Positions 8,752 through 19,586 are shown, counted from the first letter of the stretch. The stretch: 59,012 nucleotides of DNA from an uncultured Alistipes sp. (GCA_900769745.1 CAAGHX010000187.1:1-59012); one strand, 5' to 3'. Numbers and translations: made by a program. Notes: generated by a model not told the origin, from the sequence alone.

Positions 8752-10398
8752 TTAGAACTTATAACCCATTGTAAGGGTGATGTAGTCACGCTTGAAACTG
8801 GTTCTGTATGAGGGGCTTGCTGTGTCGAACATACCGTTATCCTCCAACGCGTAGTAGAGCATATAAGCCGAGTAGAGGTTCTCGATGCGCTGGTAAGCCA
8901 GGTCGAGCGATACGGCCTTAATCTGGAAGCCGATACCTGCCGAGTAGCATACTGTGCGGTAAGGTGTTGGGCTGTTGTAGTAGAGGCTCGAATCGTTGCG
9001 GAGCATAGAATCCGAGATACCATAACCTGCACGCAAGGCAACCATTGGCAGAGGCTTAATCTCACCACCGATGCGGAGAGTGTTGCCACCCTTATAATTG
9101 TTTCTAAACTCAGCGCGATAATCCTTTGGTGCGAGGTCGAAGCCCTCGGGCACGTTGGTCACTCGCATACCGTTGTACCAAGTGCGCTCGTAGTCCACCG
9201 AGAGGAGAGCCATCTGGCCAAAAGTGTAAGATGCACCGAGCATCAGGCGTGTTGGCGAGATGAAGTCCCAAGTGTTGCCAACAGCATCCTCCAAAGCCTC
9301 GGTTGTGTCGCCATTAGGATTGAAGTTCGATGCCATATATGCCTGATAGATACGGTCCAGAGAGTAATATGTTGGAGTATGGATAGCCACACCCAAACGC
9401 AACGCCTGGAATGGACGATAGATAGCACCCAGCTTGAAGTTTACGCCTGCACCTGAGAGCCTTACAGCCTGGTTGAAGTCCATCCACTCGGCTGGCTCGG
9501 CGATAGCAGTGCCATCAGAATAGACTGGCTGCTGGCCGTTGTAGATGTAGTCCTCGCCATAGTAGTACTGGCGCTTCCACTCCACCGACTGGATACCGAT
9601 AGTACCACCCACATAGAGCTTATTGGCGATATTGGCAGCCAAAGCGAGCTGCACCTCACCAATCGAGCCACGGCTCTCGACGCTTCCCGAGTGGCCGATG
9701 CTGGCATTTGCACCGATGGTGTTGGCGGCAGTCCAATAGTCGCCCAAAGCATCGCGCTCGGCATCGATAAACCAGTTGTTATAGGCCAAGATACCACCCC
9801 AATAGTAGGCATCACCAAAGGCATAGTTCAAAGCACCCTCGTTGTCGGGGAACAAACCACCCTGACCCAGCTGGCGCACAAAAGCATCGTTGATAGAGCG
9901 ATATGGAGAGCTTGATGGGCCACTCACTGAGCTAACGCCATAGCGATAGTTGAAGTCGGCCACGCGGTTATAACCCACACCCGCATTCACGCTCACAACA
10001 CCACCTGAGCTGCCCTCATAGAGCTTGAAGGTAGCGCCAATGTTGCTCAACGAGAAGCGGCTCTGCTGATTCTCGCCCCAAGTGTCGGCGTCGCTATCGG
10101 CCTTCTGGAATCCCATCATTGGCGAGATAGAGATCTCGTTGTGACGATACATAGCCAGACCCGCAGGGTTGATACCCATAGCCGAGAGGTCGCCACCAAG
10201 CGATGTGAAGGCTCCCGCCATAGCCATCGAACGGGCTGTGCCGAAGCCGAAGTTAACCTGCGACATTGAATACATATCGCCCGACATCATACCGTCGTGG
10301 TCCCACATAAGACCGCCAAAACGATAGTGTTGAGCCGATGCCGATGCCATAGAAAAGAGCATTACACACACAAGCGAAAGCTTTGCAATGAATTTCAT
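8752..10398 (-). CDS. outer-membrane beta-barrel protein, OmpP1/FadL-like
   Basis: Signal peptide; GTARSMAMAGA...NPAGLA motif; terminal GYKF. Confidence 0.85.
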   Translation of the reverse strand: MKFIAKLSLVCVMLFSMASASAQHYRFGGLMWDHDGMMSGDMYSMSQVNFGFGTARSMAMAGAFTSLGGDLSAMGINPAGLAMYRHNEISISPMMGFQKADSDADTWGENQQSRFSLSNIGATFKLYEGSSGGVVSVNAGVGYNRVADFNYRYGVSSVSGPSSSPYRSINDAFVRQLGQGGLFPDNEGALNYAFGDAYYWGGILAYNNWFIDAERDALGDYWTAANTIGANASIGHSGSVESRGSIGEVQLALAANIANKLYVGGTIGIQSVEWKRQYYYGEDYIYNGQQPVYSDGTAIAEPAEWMDFNQAVRLSGAGVNFKLGAIYRPFQALRLGVAIHTPTYYSLDRIYQAYMASNFNPNGDTTEALEDAVGNTWDFISPTRLMLGASYTFGQMALLSVDYERTWYNGMRVTNVPEGFDLAPKDYRAEFRNNYKGGNTLRIGGEIKPLPMVALRAGYGISDSMLRNDSSLYYNSPTPYRTVCYSAGIGFQIKAVSLDLAYQRIENLYSAYMLYYALEDNGMFDTASPSYRTSFKRDYITLTMGYKF

Positions 10399-10492
10399 AT
10401 CTTTCTCTCTTTAAGTTAATTATCCTAATTGATGCAATAAAACGAGTAGCCCGCGCAGAGCTATCTGCGCAGGCACCCATATACTGTTGTGA

Positions 10493-11860
10493 CTAACGTC
10501 CTCTTGAACCGCTGCTGCTCGCACCGCCACTGCGTGAGCCACCGCCACCGCCCGAGTAGCCGCCTCCTGAGAAGCCACTCGATGATGAGCTGCGTGAGCC
10601 ACTGCTGAACGACGACGAGTTGCTATATGAGCTCGACGAAGTAGTGTTGCGTGACGAAGAGCTGCTGCGTGAAGAGTTGTATGTCGAAGAGCGCTCGTTG
10701 CTGCTTGAACGACCATTTGATGGGCTCTGTGGTGTTACAGTAGCCTGACCACGTGAGCCTGTGACTGAAGCACGACCTACCGAACCATTTCGCTGCTGCT
10801 CCAAAGCCGAGGCGTAGCGACCCGAACGAGAGGCGTTGCCATAGGTGCTACCCGAATTTGGTGAGCGATAAGGGGTTGATGTTGCAGAGCCGCGATTGAC
10901 ATATGCCGAGCCACGCGAAGGTTGGCCATTGCCGCCATTCAGGCGTGAACTGTCGTTGCGTGAGCCGTAGTAGCTACCGCCACCGTGCCAGCGACCGCCG
11001 CCACCGCCCCACATATCGCCATACCAGAAGCCGCCTGGGTGGTGATGATGGTGGTAGTGTGGGCCATACCAGCCGTAGTGGTGATGATGGTACCAAGGAC
11101 GGTACAATCCGCCCCAACCCCACCAGAGGTTGACACCCCAACCGCCCCACGATGGGCCGTAGCAGATGTTCCAGTTCCAATCCCACCAAGAGTAGTGAGG
11201 GAATCCCCAGCGAGAGTAGTACCAAGGGTCGTACATCGACGCCCAGCCACTCCAGCCATAGTACCAAGGCGAGAGCACAACCGATGCGCGTGTAGCACCC
11301 CAAGTGCCAAACATCGAAGTGATGTATTTAGGCTCTACCCACACCTCGTCGCCCGACACCATGATGTTGTAAAACGCTGGGTCGTAGGCTGTAGCGTAGG
11401 TCACTCGGCCATCGTAACGCATAGTGTAGTAGCTCGAAGGCATACGATAGCTAGCCGACTGGAAACCTCTCAGGCGGCGAGCATAGGCGCTCTCGTAGGT
11501 GTTAGCCACGAACGAGTTGCCACTCTCCTCCACAACAATCACACCGTCGCTCTGAACAGACTGAGCTGGCTGTGCCTGCTGAACGGTCTGAGTGTTCTGA
11601 GCCAAAGTCACATTCTGCTTAGCCAACTGAGCCTCATACTCGGCCTGCAAAGCGAGTGCCTCGGCACGACGTGCCTCAGCCTCGGCCTGGCGCACCTCGG
11701 CCTCAGCCTTCTGGCGAGCCGCAATCACCTCCACATCGTGAATGGCATATAGGTCGTCGTAGTGGTTTGCCGACGAGTAGAGCGACGAAACACACGACGT
11801 AAAGGTAGCAGTTGCAGCTATGGCAACCATTGCTACGATTGAGATAAAATTCTTCTTCAT
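10493..11860 (-). CDS. hypothetical lipoprotein with W/Y/G/H-rich core and Ser/Gly/Arg-rich disordered tail
   Basis: MKKNF...FTSC lipobox, YDDLY motif; start moved to 11860. Confidence 0.8.
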   Translation of the reverse strand: MKKNFISIVAMVAIAATATFTSCVSSLYSSANHYDDLYAIHDVEVIAARQKAEAEVRQAEAEARRAEALALQAEYEAQLAKQNVTLAQNTQTVQQAQPAQSVQSDGVIVVEESGNSFVANTYESAYARRLRGFQSASYRMPSSYYTMRYDGRVTYATAYDPAFYNIMVSGDEVWVEPKYITSMFGTWGATRASVVLSPWYYGWSGWASMYDPWYYSRWGFPHYSWWDWNWNICYGPSWGGWGVNLWWGWGGLYRPWYHHHHYGWYGPHYHHHHHPGGFWYGDMWGGGGGRWHGGGSYYGSRNDSSRLNGGNGQPSRGSAYVNRGSATSTPYRSPNSGSTYGNASRSGRYASALEQQRNGSVGRASVTGSRGQATVTPQSPSNGRSSSNERSSTYNSSRSSSSSRNTTSSSSYSNSSSFSSGSRSSSSSGFSGGGYSGGGGGSRSGGASSSGSRGR

Positions 11861-12186
11861 AGCGCACATTGTTTTAAGGTTAATATGCTCTTTGGGGCGA
11901 CTCTGCGCAGGGCTATCGCACCACTTATTTAATACTATAACGTGTCGCCATCGCATTTTATTGTGTGCCAGAGCCGAAAGCAACCTTCGTGCCCCGGCAG
12001 GGCGATACAACCGCTATCTAATGCAAATATACGAACTTTTGGGATATTTTCAACAATTATACAGATATATAAATATAAAACAGCGAGATGGGGCCGCCCG
12101 ATAATCGTCGGACAACCCCATCTATAACAGTAATATTTACAGCGTCGGGCGACGAAAAAACCGCCCACGACTATGCCCCTTTGGCG

Positions 12187-13002
12187 CTACCACTCAACCA
12201 ACACCTTAGCGAAGATTGGGCGGTGGTCAGACTCCACAGGAGCGTTTACAACGGTGTGGCTCTTGACAGTGCCCTTGGCGCCCTTGCCTTTGTAGAGAGC
12301 CATAAAGTCAATCTCGCTCTTAGGCTTGTCGGCAGGGAAGGTGTTTGCATTTCCGCCCTTGGGGAATACGTAGAACTCCGAAGCCAAAAGCTTCATAGCT
12401 GTGCTGTTGCGTGTGTCGTTGAAGTCGCCAGCCAGGATAACGGGCTTATCGAGCTTCGAGAGCTCCGAGATGATGATTCCCATCGATGTTATGCGGTCGG
12501 CCTCGTGCAACGAGAGGTGAGTTGAGCAGAAGTAGTAGTCCTGCAACTCAACAATCAGCAGCGAGCGTGGCTCCGAACGGCAAGGCAGCGGCACGCGACG
12601 CGAAGAGATAGGCTTCTGCTTGGTGAGCACGCCAATACCATATTTACCACCCTGGAAGTCGATTGATGGGCCGAATGTTGGGTACATACCTGTACGCTTG
12701 GCCAACTCGCCCAGCACGTCGGCGGGATGACGAGTGGTCATACTATCCAACTCCTGCAACGCCACAGCCTCAACGTCGCTATCCTTGATGACCTTGGCTA
12801 CACGCTCGGGCGAATACTCATTATCGAGACCCATACAGTTGCAGACATTGTAGCAGAGGAGTCTGAGCTCGATGCTCTTTGTTGTCTGAGCAGGTGTTTC
12901 GGGCTGAGCGGGTGTCTCGGGCGCATCGTCAGACTTTGAGCAAGCGATGGCTGCGAACACGGTGGCGAGAATAGCCAATAGGGCGAGGTTAATTTTTTTC
13001 AT
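12187..13002 (-). CDS. EEP family lipoprotein
   Basis: MKKINL...AIAC lipobox; YNV, ALQE, THL, GDFN, SDHRP motifs; start moved to 13002. Confidence 0.9.
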   Translation of the reverse strand: MKKINLALLAILATVFAAIACSKSDDAPETPAQPETPAQTTKSIELRLLCYNVCNCMGLDNEYSPERVAKVIKDSDVEAVALQELDSMTTRHPADVLGELAKRTGMYPTFGPSIDFQGGKYGIGVLTKQKPISSRRVPLPCRSEPRSLLIVELQDYYFCSTHLSLHEADRITSMGIIISELSKLDKPVILAGDFNDTRNSTAMKLLASEFYVFPKGGNANTFPADKPKSEIDFMALYKGKGAKGTVKSHTVVNAPVESDHRPIFAKVLVEW

Positions 13003-13351
13003 AGTAGTAAGTTGTTTTAGGTTTATGTGAAGCTTTACTCTGCAAAGATAGCATTTTAATCGACATTTCCGCCTTTGGCACAGAGATTTTACGTTTGCGG
13101 GCCACAATTTTTGGCTTGCCGAGGGGTCGAGGTGTGGCACGATTGTTGAAACGATTCGGCTCAAAAAATTGCACACCTCACTGCGCGGGCGGCAGTGGGC
13201 CGATAGCTAAAAAACGCAAAAAAATTTTGCAGATTGAAAAAAAGTCGCTATCTTGCAACCAGAAAAATTAATTATTTAACTCATTTAAACGCATTTGCCT
13301 ATTGAAAATTTCTACTCTTTGAACACTACATATTATTAAAAAGTGAAGAGT

Positions 13352-13936
13352 ATGAACACACAAGTATTAAGCGATCAAGTATTGCTTAATCGCTATCTGT
13401 CAGGTGATTGCGCTGCCATTTCACAGCTTATCGAACGTCACTCGCGCCGTGTCCGCGACTACATCCGTATGATGGTCAAGGATACAGACGTGGCTGATGA
13501 CATCCTGCAGGAGACACTCATCAAAGTCGTGAAGATTATCGACGAGGGTCGCTATGTCGACATGGGTAAATTCCTGTCGTGGGTGTTACGCATTGCACAC
13601 AATCAGGTCATCGACCACTTCCGTAGCCAGAAGAGCTCCAACACAGTGAGCGAGTCGGATTCGGGCTACAACGTGCTGGGCACATTGAAGTATGCCGAGC
13701 AGAATGTGGAGGATAAGATGGTGGCCGAGCAGATCGAGAGCGATGTACGTCGCTTGGTGGAGCTGCTGCCCGAGGAGCAGCGTGAGGTGGTGATGATGCG
13801 CTACTATTATGGTATGAGCTTCCAGGAGATAGCCGACCAGACAGGCGTGAGCATCAACACAGCTCTTGGCCGCGTGCGTTATGCGCTGATTAATATGCGC
13901 AAGCTCATCCGCGAGCACAATGTAATTCTGTCGTAG
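13352..13936 (+). CDS. ECF-type RNA polymerase sigma-70 factor
   Basis: DDILQET...FLSWVLRIAHN (region 2) and LPEEQREVV...SFQEIA...SINTALGR (region 4). Confidence 0.93.
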   Translation: MNTQVLSDQVLLNRYLSGDCAAISQLIERHSRRVRDYIRMMVKDTDVADDILQETLIKVVKIIDEGRYVDMGKFLSWVLRIAHNQVIDHFRSQKSSNTVSESDSGYNVLGTLKYAEQNVEDKMVAEQIESDVRRLVELLPEEQREVVMMRYYYGMSFQEIADQTGVSINTALGRVRYALINMRKLIREHNVILS

Positions 13937-13961
13937 GCAGAGCCTAATTGATTTCTATTAG

Positions 13962-14004
13962 AAAACAACGAGGTTGTCCTTTGGTGGGCAACCTCGTTGT
14001 TTTT
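13962..14004. terminator. bidirectional terminator, GAGGTTG/CAACCTC family
   Basis: AAAACAACGAGGTTGTCC...GGGCAACCTCGTTGTTTT between convergent genes. Confidence 0.85.
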
Positions 14005-14021
14005 GTCTTATATACACCTCT

Positions 14022-15008
14022 CTACAAAAGGAATTTGCACTTCTCATCGGCCAAATCCTCGGCACGGCTCTGCCACTCGGCAGGGGGATTTTCCTTGGGT
14101 TGTGGCCACCAGAAACCCTTCGACGAATACTCAAAGGTCACAGCCGCAGGCGTTGAGCGCATAACTGCAAAGCCTATATCGCCATAGAATAGTGCTGGCA
14201 GACCCAGCGTAGGCACCATATGCAGCTCCTTGCGTGGGCGCACCACACGCACACCCTTGTTCCAGATGTGGGTGTGACCATATACATATCCTGCCACCTT
14301 GGGGTTTTCGGCGATAAACTTTTCGAGGTTACCCATCTCGCCAAGTGGATGGTGTGAGCCAAGCACCACTCGGCGCTCACGACCCTTCATCCACTCGCCC
14401 AGCCACTCAATCTGTCCGCCCGAAATCTCGCCCGAGACGGTTGTGCTCTGACGCAGCTTGAGGTTAGGCAGCTCGGCCAGCGAGTCGAGCATCACAAAGT
14501 CGAAGTCGGGCAGCTCGACAACCGACACCACACGACCTGCAACCTTTGTTGTAGTGGCATATTGCTCGAATACCTTGAAGAATGGTGCACGACGGTCGTG
14601 GTTACCCATACCGAGCGTAACCTTGATGCCCGCCTGCTCGAGCTCCGAGAGCAGCTCGGCAGCATAGCGGTAGTCCTCCTCCAGGCCGTGGTCCCACGCC
14701 ACATCGCCAAACACCAACACGTTGGCTGGCAGCGGACGCATAGAGAGAATCTCGGCAATGCGCAGCTTCAGGCAGGTGGGGTTATAGGGGTAATATTTTG
14801 GTTTGCCATCCACCAGCTCGCCGCAGATGTGAATATCCGACAGCAAAACGGCAGTTGCAGGGTCAATCTTTTTGCTACGCTTCGCCGCTGCAGCCGCATC
14901 AGCAATAGCCATATCGGCAATCTGGTCTATAACCTTAGCACTCGCCGACGATGCCAAAGCCACGCCACCCAGTGCCGCCATAGATGCTAAAAATTGTTTT
15001 CTGTCCAT
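14022..15008 (-). CDS. calcineurin-like metallophosphoesterase with Tat-like leader
   Basis: DIH, GD, GNHD, HHP, GHTH motifs; MDRKQFL leader. Confidence 0.88.
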   Translation of the reverse strand: MDRKQFLASMAALGGVALASSASAKVIDQIADMAIADAAAAAKRSKKIDPATAVLLSDIHICGELVDGKPKYYPYNPTCLKLRIAEILSMRPLPANVLVFGDVAWDHGLEEDYRYAAELLSELEQAGIKVTLGMGNHDRRAPFFKVFEQYATTTKVAGRVVSVVELPDFDFVMLDSLAELPNLKLRQSTTVSGEISGGQIEWLGEWMKGRERRVVLGSHHPLGEMGNLEKFIAENPKVAGYVYGHTHIWNKGVRVVRPRKELHMVPTLGLPALFYGDIGFAVMRSTPAAVTFEYSSKGFWWPQPKENPPAEWQSRAEDLADEKCKFLL

Positions 15009-15012
15009 AGTA

Positions 15013-15588
15013 TTATTTTGAATTCAGGAACTCAGCCAGGGCGCGGATTGCACGGCCACGATGTGAGATAAGATTCTTATCCTCGGCGCTCATCTGAGCA
15101 AACGACTCCGCGCGGCCCTCGGGCAGGAACAATGGGTCGTAGCCAAAGCCGCCATCACCCAACTCCTCGGTCGCGATATCGCCACGCACGATACCCTCGA
15201 AGAGGTACTCCTTGCCGCCCATAATCAGCGCAACGGCGGTGCGGAACTGAGCCGAACGGTTCTCCACACCCTCCATACGCTCCAGCAGCAGGCGTTTGTT
15301 GGCCTCGTCGTCGTGGCCATCGGTTGCATAGCGTGCCGAGCGCACGCCAGGCTCACCGCCCAAAGCATCGACCTCCAGGCCTGTGTCATCGGCAAAGCAG
15401 TCGATGCCCGTACGCTCATAGATGTAGCGGGCCTTCTGCAAGGCGTTGCCCTCGAGAGTGGGTTGCTCCTCGGGGATATCTTCGTTGATGCCGCACTCGC
15501 GCAGCGTGAGAATCTCGAAATTCTCGCCCACAACCTGAGCCACCTCGCGCAGCTTATGGGCATTATTTGTTGCAAATATCAGTTTCAT
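15013..15588 (-). CDS. rdgB: non-canonical purine NTP pyrophosphatase (RdgB/HAM1)
   Basis: FATNNAHK, ADDTGL, PGVRSAR, GFGYDP, SHRG motifs. Confidence 0.96.
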   Translation of the reverse strand: MKLIFATNNAHKLREVAQVVGENFEILTLRECGINEDIPEEQPTLEGNALQKARYIYERTGIDCFADDTGLEVDALGGEPGVRSARYATDGHDDEANKRLLLERMEGVENRSAQFRTAVALIMGGKEYLFEGIVRGDIATEELGDGGFGYDPLFLPEGRAESFAQMSAEDKNLISHRGRAIRALAEFLNSK

Positions 15589-15722
15589 AATACCAAAGAT
15601 ACTATTTATTTACAAGATTTCAGGTCACAAGAGGCTATTTTTTGATAATTATTTCTAAATTTGTATGTGGTAGAGTGCGGTTTATTGGATAGCGCCCACC
15701 GAGGGCAACGGCACTCAAAGAT

Positions 15723-16682
15723 ATGATGGAAGAGAAATCGAGGATATATGCGTGGGGCGATGGGCGACGTTTCAATAGCTATGCGGGCTACTTCAAACGT
15801 ACCTTCGGCCACCGTATGCAGAAGGTAACCATCAACGCAGGATTCAGCTGCCCCAACCGCGATGGCACAATATCGTGGGGCGGATGCTCCTTTTGCGACA
15901 ATGCAGCCTTCACGCCCTCATACTGCCAGAGCACAAAGAGCATAACACAGCAGATAGACGAAGGAATAGAGTTCCACCGCCGCCGTTACCGCTCGGCACA
16001 GCAATATCTGGCCTACTTCCAATCCTTCTCCAACACCTATGCTCCGCTGGAGCGACTCAGGGAGTGTTACGACGAGGCACTTGCCCACCCCGAGGTGGCT
16101 GGTGTGGTGGTTGGCACACGACCCGACTGCATAGATGAGCAGAAGCTCGACTACTTTGCCGAGCTGGCCCAGCGAAAATATGTGATTCTGGAGTATGGCA
16201 TAGAGTCGTGCTACGACGCAACGCTGCGCCACATAAACCGAGGCCACGACTTCGAGTGTGCTCGCCGAGCCGTTGAGATGACCGCAGAGCGAGGCATACA
16301 CTGCGGAGCACATTTTATATTGGGACTCCCTGGCGAGAGCGACCAGATGTTAATCGACCAGACGGAGCTGATAAACTCGCTGCCGCTTACGACGGTGAAG
16401 TTCCACCAGCTGCAGCTATTCCGCTCAACAGCTATGGCCGAGGAGTACGACACTCACCCCGAGCGATTCCGCTTCTGGAGCATCGAGGAGTATTTGGAGC
16501 TCTTTGTGGAGATTCTGCGCAGGCTGAGGCCCGACATTGTGGTCGAAAGATTTGCTGGCGAAGCACCGCCCCGTTACCACCACACACGAGGTTGGGGATT
16601 GGTGCGCAACGAGGAGCTATTGGCTATGTTCGACAAACTGCTCGAGAGCCGCGATATTTATCAAGGAGAGCTATACAGATAA
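15723..16682 (+). CDS. radical SAM protein, YhcC/TIGR01212-like
   Basis: CPNRDG...GGCSFC, YFQSFSNTY, GTRPDC motifs. Confidence 0.9.
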   Translation: MMEEKSRIYAWGDGRRFNSYAGYFKRTFGHRMQKVTINAGFSCPNRDGTISWGGCSFCDNAAFTPSYCQSTKSITQQIDEGIEFHRRRYRSAQQYLAYFQSFSNTYAPLERLRECYDEALAHPEVAGVVVGTRPDCIDEQKLDYFAELAQRKYVILEYGIESCYDATLRHINRGHDFECARRAVEMTAERGIHCGAHFILGLPGESDQMLIDQTELINSLPLTTVKFHQLQLFRSTAMAEEYDTHPERFRFWSIEEYLELFVEILRRLRPDIVVERFAGEAPPRYHHTRGWGLVRNEELLAMFDKLLESRDIYQGELYR

Positions 16683-16895
16683 TCGCTTGAAACGGCAAGG
16701 CCGACGGGTATTTATGCAAAAAATATGCAATATTATGCACTTATGCAACTATGAGCAAGCAGAAAGTGCGAAACACGGGGGCAAAGAGTAAATTTAAGGC
16801 TTTTTTTGATATATTTGCAGCCGCAAAGCCGAGTAGCTTGCATTATTAAAACGAAAAAGTAAAATAAATTACAAATTATAACTTAAACAACCATT

Positions 16896-17819
16896 ATGGG
16901 TATTAAATTAACACCAAATGCTCTGGGTCGAGGTCTTAAGGAGTATCTTATTATGACCTTCGGCATGTTCTGCTACGCATTCGGTTGGGTAGCATGCATC
17001 ATTCCTGCAGGAGGTATGGGTGGCGGTGCGACAGGTTTGTCGATGATTCTCAACCACTTCATCCCAGCAATCTCGATGGGTACATTTGTATTCATCATCA
17101 ACGCTATCCTGCTTCTGTTCGGAGGCTTTATCGTGGGATGGAACTTTGGTATCAAGACCATCTTCTGCATCGTTATGCTCTCTATTGCGATGGATGCTTG
17201 GACATTTATGCTGCCCGAGAACTACGCCGAGCTGCTTATGCACTACACCCAGAACATCGACTCGAGCAACATTCTGCTTGTGATTATGGGTGCCATAATC
17301 TCGGGTTCGGGTGTGGCGATTGGTTTTAGCCAGGGTGGCTCGACAGGAGGTACCGATATCGTTGCGATGATTATCAACAAGTACCGCACAATGAGCTATG
17401 GTAAGATTGTGATTATGACCGACTTCTTCATCATCGGCTGCTCAATCTTTATCTCTGACGACCTCGCTTCGGGTATCGCTCGCGTGGTGTATGGTTACAT
17501 AATGATTGCTGTGTATGGCTATACTGTCGATCTTATCCAGTCGGGTAACAAGCAGTCGAGCCAGATATTTATCATCAGCCCCAACTATGAGCAGATTGCC
17601 AACGCCATCAACATCGAGGCGGGTCGTGGCGCTACAATCATCGACGGCAAGGGCTGGTACACTCAGAACGATTGCAAGATTATCATGGTGGTATGCCGCA
17701 AGCGCGACGCATCGATGATTCTGAAGATTGCACGCCGCATCGACGACAACGCATTTATTACAATGGGTTCTGTAATGGGCGTATATGGCCAGGGATTTGA
17801 GGCTTTGAGCAAGGTATAA
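16896..17819 (+). CDS. YitT family membrane protein
   Basis: GGSTGGTDI motif, several TM segments, C-terminal IDDNAF...VYGQGF. Confidence 0.9.
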   Translation: MGIKLTPNALGRGLKEYLIMTFGMFCYAFGWVACIIPAGGMGGGATGLSMILNHFIPAISMGTFVFIINAILLLFGGFIVGWNFGIKTIFCIVMLSIAMDAWTFMLPENYAELLMHYTQNIDSSNILLVIMGAIISGSGVAIGFSQGGSTGGTDIVAMIINKYRTMSYGKIVIMTDFFIIGCSIFISDDLASGIARVVYGYIMIAVYGYTVDLIQSGNKQSSQIFIISPNYEQIANAINIEAGRGATIIDGKGWYTQNDCKIIMVVCRKRDASMILKIARRIDDNAFITMGSVMGVYGQGFEALSKV

Positions 17820-17838
17820 CAATCCCCCGCTCCAACAC

Positions 17839-17878
17839 AAAAGAGGTTGCCTGACAATAGTCGGACAACCTCTTTTTT
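17839..17878. terminator. bidirectional terminator, GAGGTTGCC family
   Basis: AAAAGAGGTTGCC...GGACAACCTCTTTTTT. Confidence 0.85.
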
Positions 17879-17984
17879 ATTGTAAAAGCTCGGCATCGGA
17901 GCTTGTGCTACACGAGGAAGGTGGAGTACCCAGCCTAAGTAGAGTTCGCAACGCAGACCCCAAACGGCCCGCACGTGTCAGTTG

Positions 17985-18131
17985 CTACTCTGGCAACTGA
18001 GTGATAAATAACTCGCGGAAATAACTATCCATATACAACAGCTCTGCATCGCCACAAATTACTTCGTCGAGAAAGAGCTGCTCTTCATCGTGCACTGATT
18101 CGAATGTGTGTAGAGTGTCAAAATCTTCCAT
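17985..18131 (-). CDS. candidate small acidic protein (48 aa)
   Basis: ATG 18131 to TAG 17985: MEDFDTLHTFESVHDEEQLFLDEVICGDAELLYMDSYFRELFITQLPE; below the ORF-track size cutoff. Confidence 0.5.
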   Translation of the reverse strand: MEDFDTLHTFESVHDEEQLFLDEVICGDAELLYMDSYFRELFITQLPE

Positions 18132-18298
18132 AGGCAGTCTGTTTTATTTCGGAAACGCCTTATTGACCATTTTTATTGTGCAAAAAGTGCTTTTTATCTA
18201 AAAAAATGTACTTTTTGGCTAAAATCGGCCCTGCAGGCCCCGTCGTAGCTAATAAAATGCAACATTCGGGCCAAGCAGGGCGATATTTGGACTGCAAA

Positions 18299-19477
18299 TT
18301 AGAAGCCGAGCTTAAGCTCTGGGTGCTTCTCGCCTGGAGCCCACATATTGAGGACCTTGAACGAGATGTTACCCTTGGCGTCGGTAGTCACCTGGCGCGA
18401 TGTGAATGGGCGCAAATCGGCTGGACCGCCATTGCCAAACTGCAACTTGAATGGGATTGACGAGATGTTGGTCATAATCATCTTGCGGCGACCCTTGTCG
18501 TCAACCGAGATAGTCTCGAACTTAACGCACGCCACAAAGAAATCCTTCAACAACTGCTCCTCGCCAGCCAACTGCTCGTAAGCATAGGCCAATGTGCGGC
18601 GAGCCAAAAGAGCCTCCTTCAAGGCTGGGAGTGACTTATCCTTAGCAAGGATGAGGGTCATATCGCGTGTGAGGTTCTGGCTTGCATAGTCCTGAGCTGT
18701 GGTACTGTGGATATCGGTGTTGGCAGCAACAAAGAGGCCGAGCTCTGAGGCGCGTGCCACGATGCTTGGGTAGAACTCCTGACCGTTCATAATCTCCACA
18801 CCGTCGATGAGCTTCTCTTCGTAGGCCTTCTTCTCAACCTCGTTCATCGAAGCTGTTGTGCGTGACCAGCCTGGGTGGTTGTGCATAATCACAGCACCCT
18901 GCTTGCGGGCGTTGCGGATAGCCTGAATAGGATCGGCATCCCAGATAGTGTTGACATCGCTCACAAAGAGAGCGTTGTAGTGGCCCACGGTAGGAGCGTT
19001 GCGGGTAATCTCGGCACCAGGGATAAGAGTGAGGCCATAGGCGGCAGCCGCATTAACCGAAATCTTATTGGCAAGGTTGAAATCGACCTTCGCATCTTTG
19101 TTGCCCGAAGCCTTGGCGTCGGGACCCACGTGGCCCTTGAGGAACTGCAGCATCACACCCTCCCAGCGGCGGTACTCGATATGCTCGGTGCAGGCCATCA
19201 CGTCGAGGCCATCCAACCACGCCTCCTTAACTCGGTACTCGGGCGTAACGCTACCGTCGGAGTAGATGGTGTGGGTATGGAGGTCGGCCTTATAGACATT
19301 GTAGCCATTGACCTGTGGGATGATGATCTCTTGACGCAGAGGCTCCTGACGTCTCAGGTGGCGAGCGATATCAGGGTTCTTGGAATCCTGATAGTGGAAG
19401 AGTCCGTAATCTTTCTGCTGAGCCGATGCTGCGAATGTTGCGCATACGGCTACAAGGAGTAGTAAAAATCGTTTCAT
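18299..19477 (-). CDS. secreted PHP-domain phosphoesterase
   Basis: Signal peptide; DLHTHTIYSDG, TEH, GHYNAL, NHP, TDIH motifs. Confidence 0.85.
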   Translation of the reverse strand: MKRFLLLLVAVCATFAASAQQKDYGLFHYQDSKNPDIARHLRRQEPLRQEIIIPQVNGYNVYKADLHTHTIYSDGSVTPEYRVKEAWLDGLDVMACTEHIEYRRWEGVMLQFLKGHVGPDAKASGNKDAKVDFNLANKISVNAAAAYGLTLIPGAEITRNAPTVGHYNALFVSDVNTIWDADPIQAIRNARKQGAVIMHNHPGWSRTTASMNEVEKKAYEEKLIDGVEIMNGQEFYPSIVARASELGLFVAANTDIHSTTAQDYASQNLTRDMTLILAKDKSLPALKEALLARRTLAYAYEQLAGEEQLLKDFFVACVKFETISVDDKGRRKMIMTNISSIPFKLQFGNGGPADLRPFTSRQVTTDAKGNISFKVLNMWAPGEKHPELKLGF

Positions 19478-19586
19478 ATAGCTTTAGTTTTAAGTTTTGT
19501 CGGCTTTATAAACAAAAAAAAGCGGAGAGCCACGCGCGGACTCTCCACAAAGTTAGGTTTTTTTTGATGAAATTGCAAGAGGGGGA

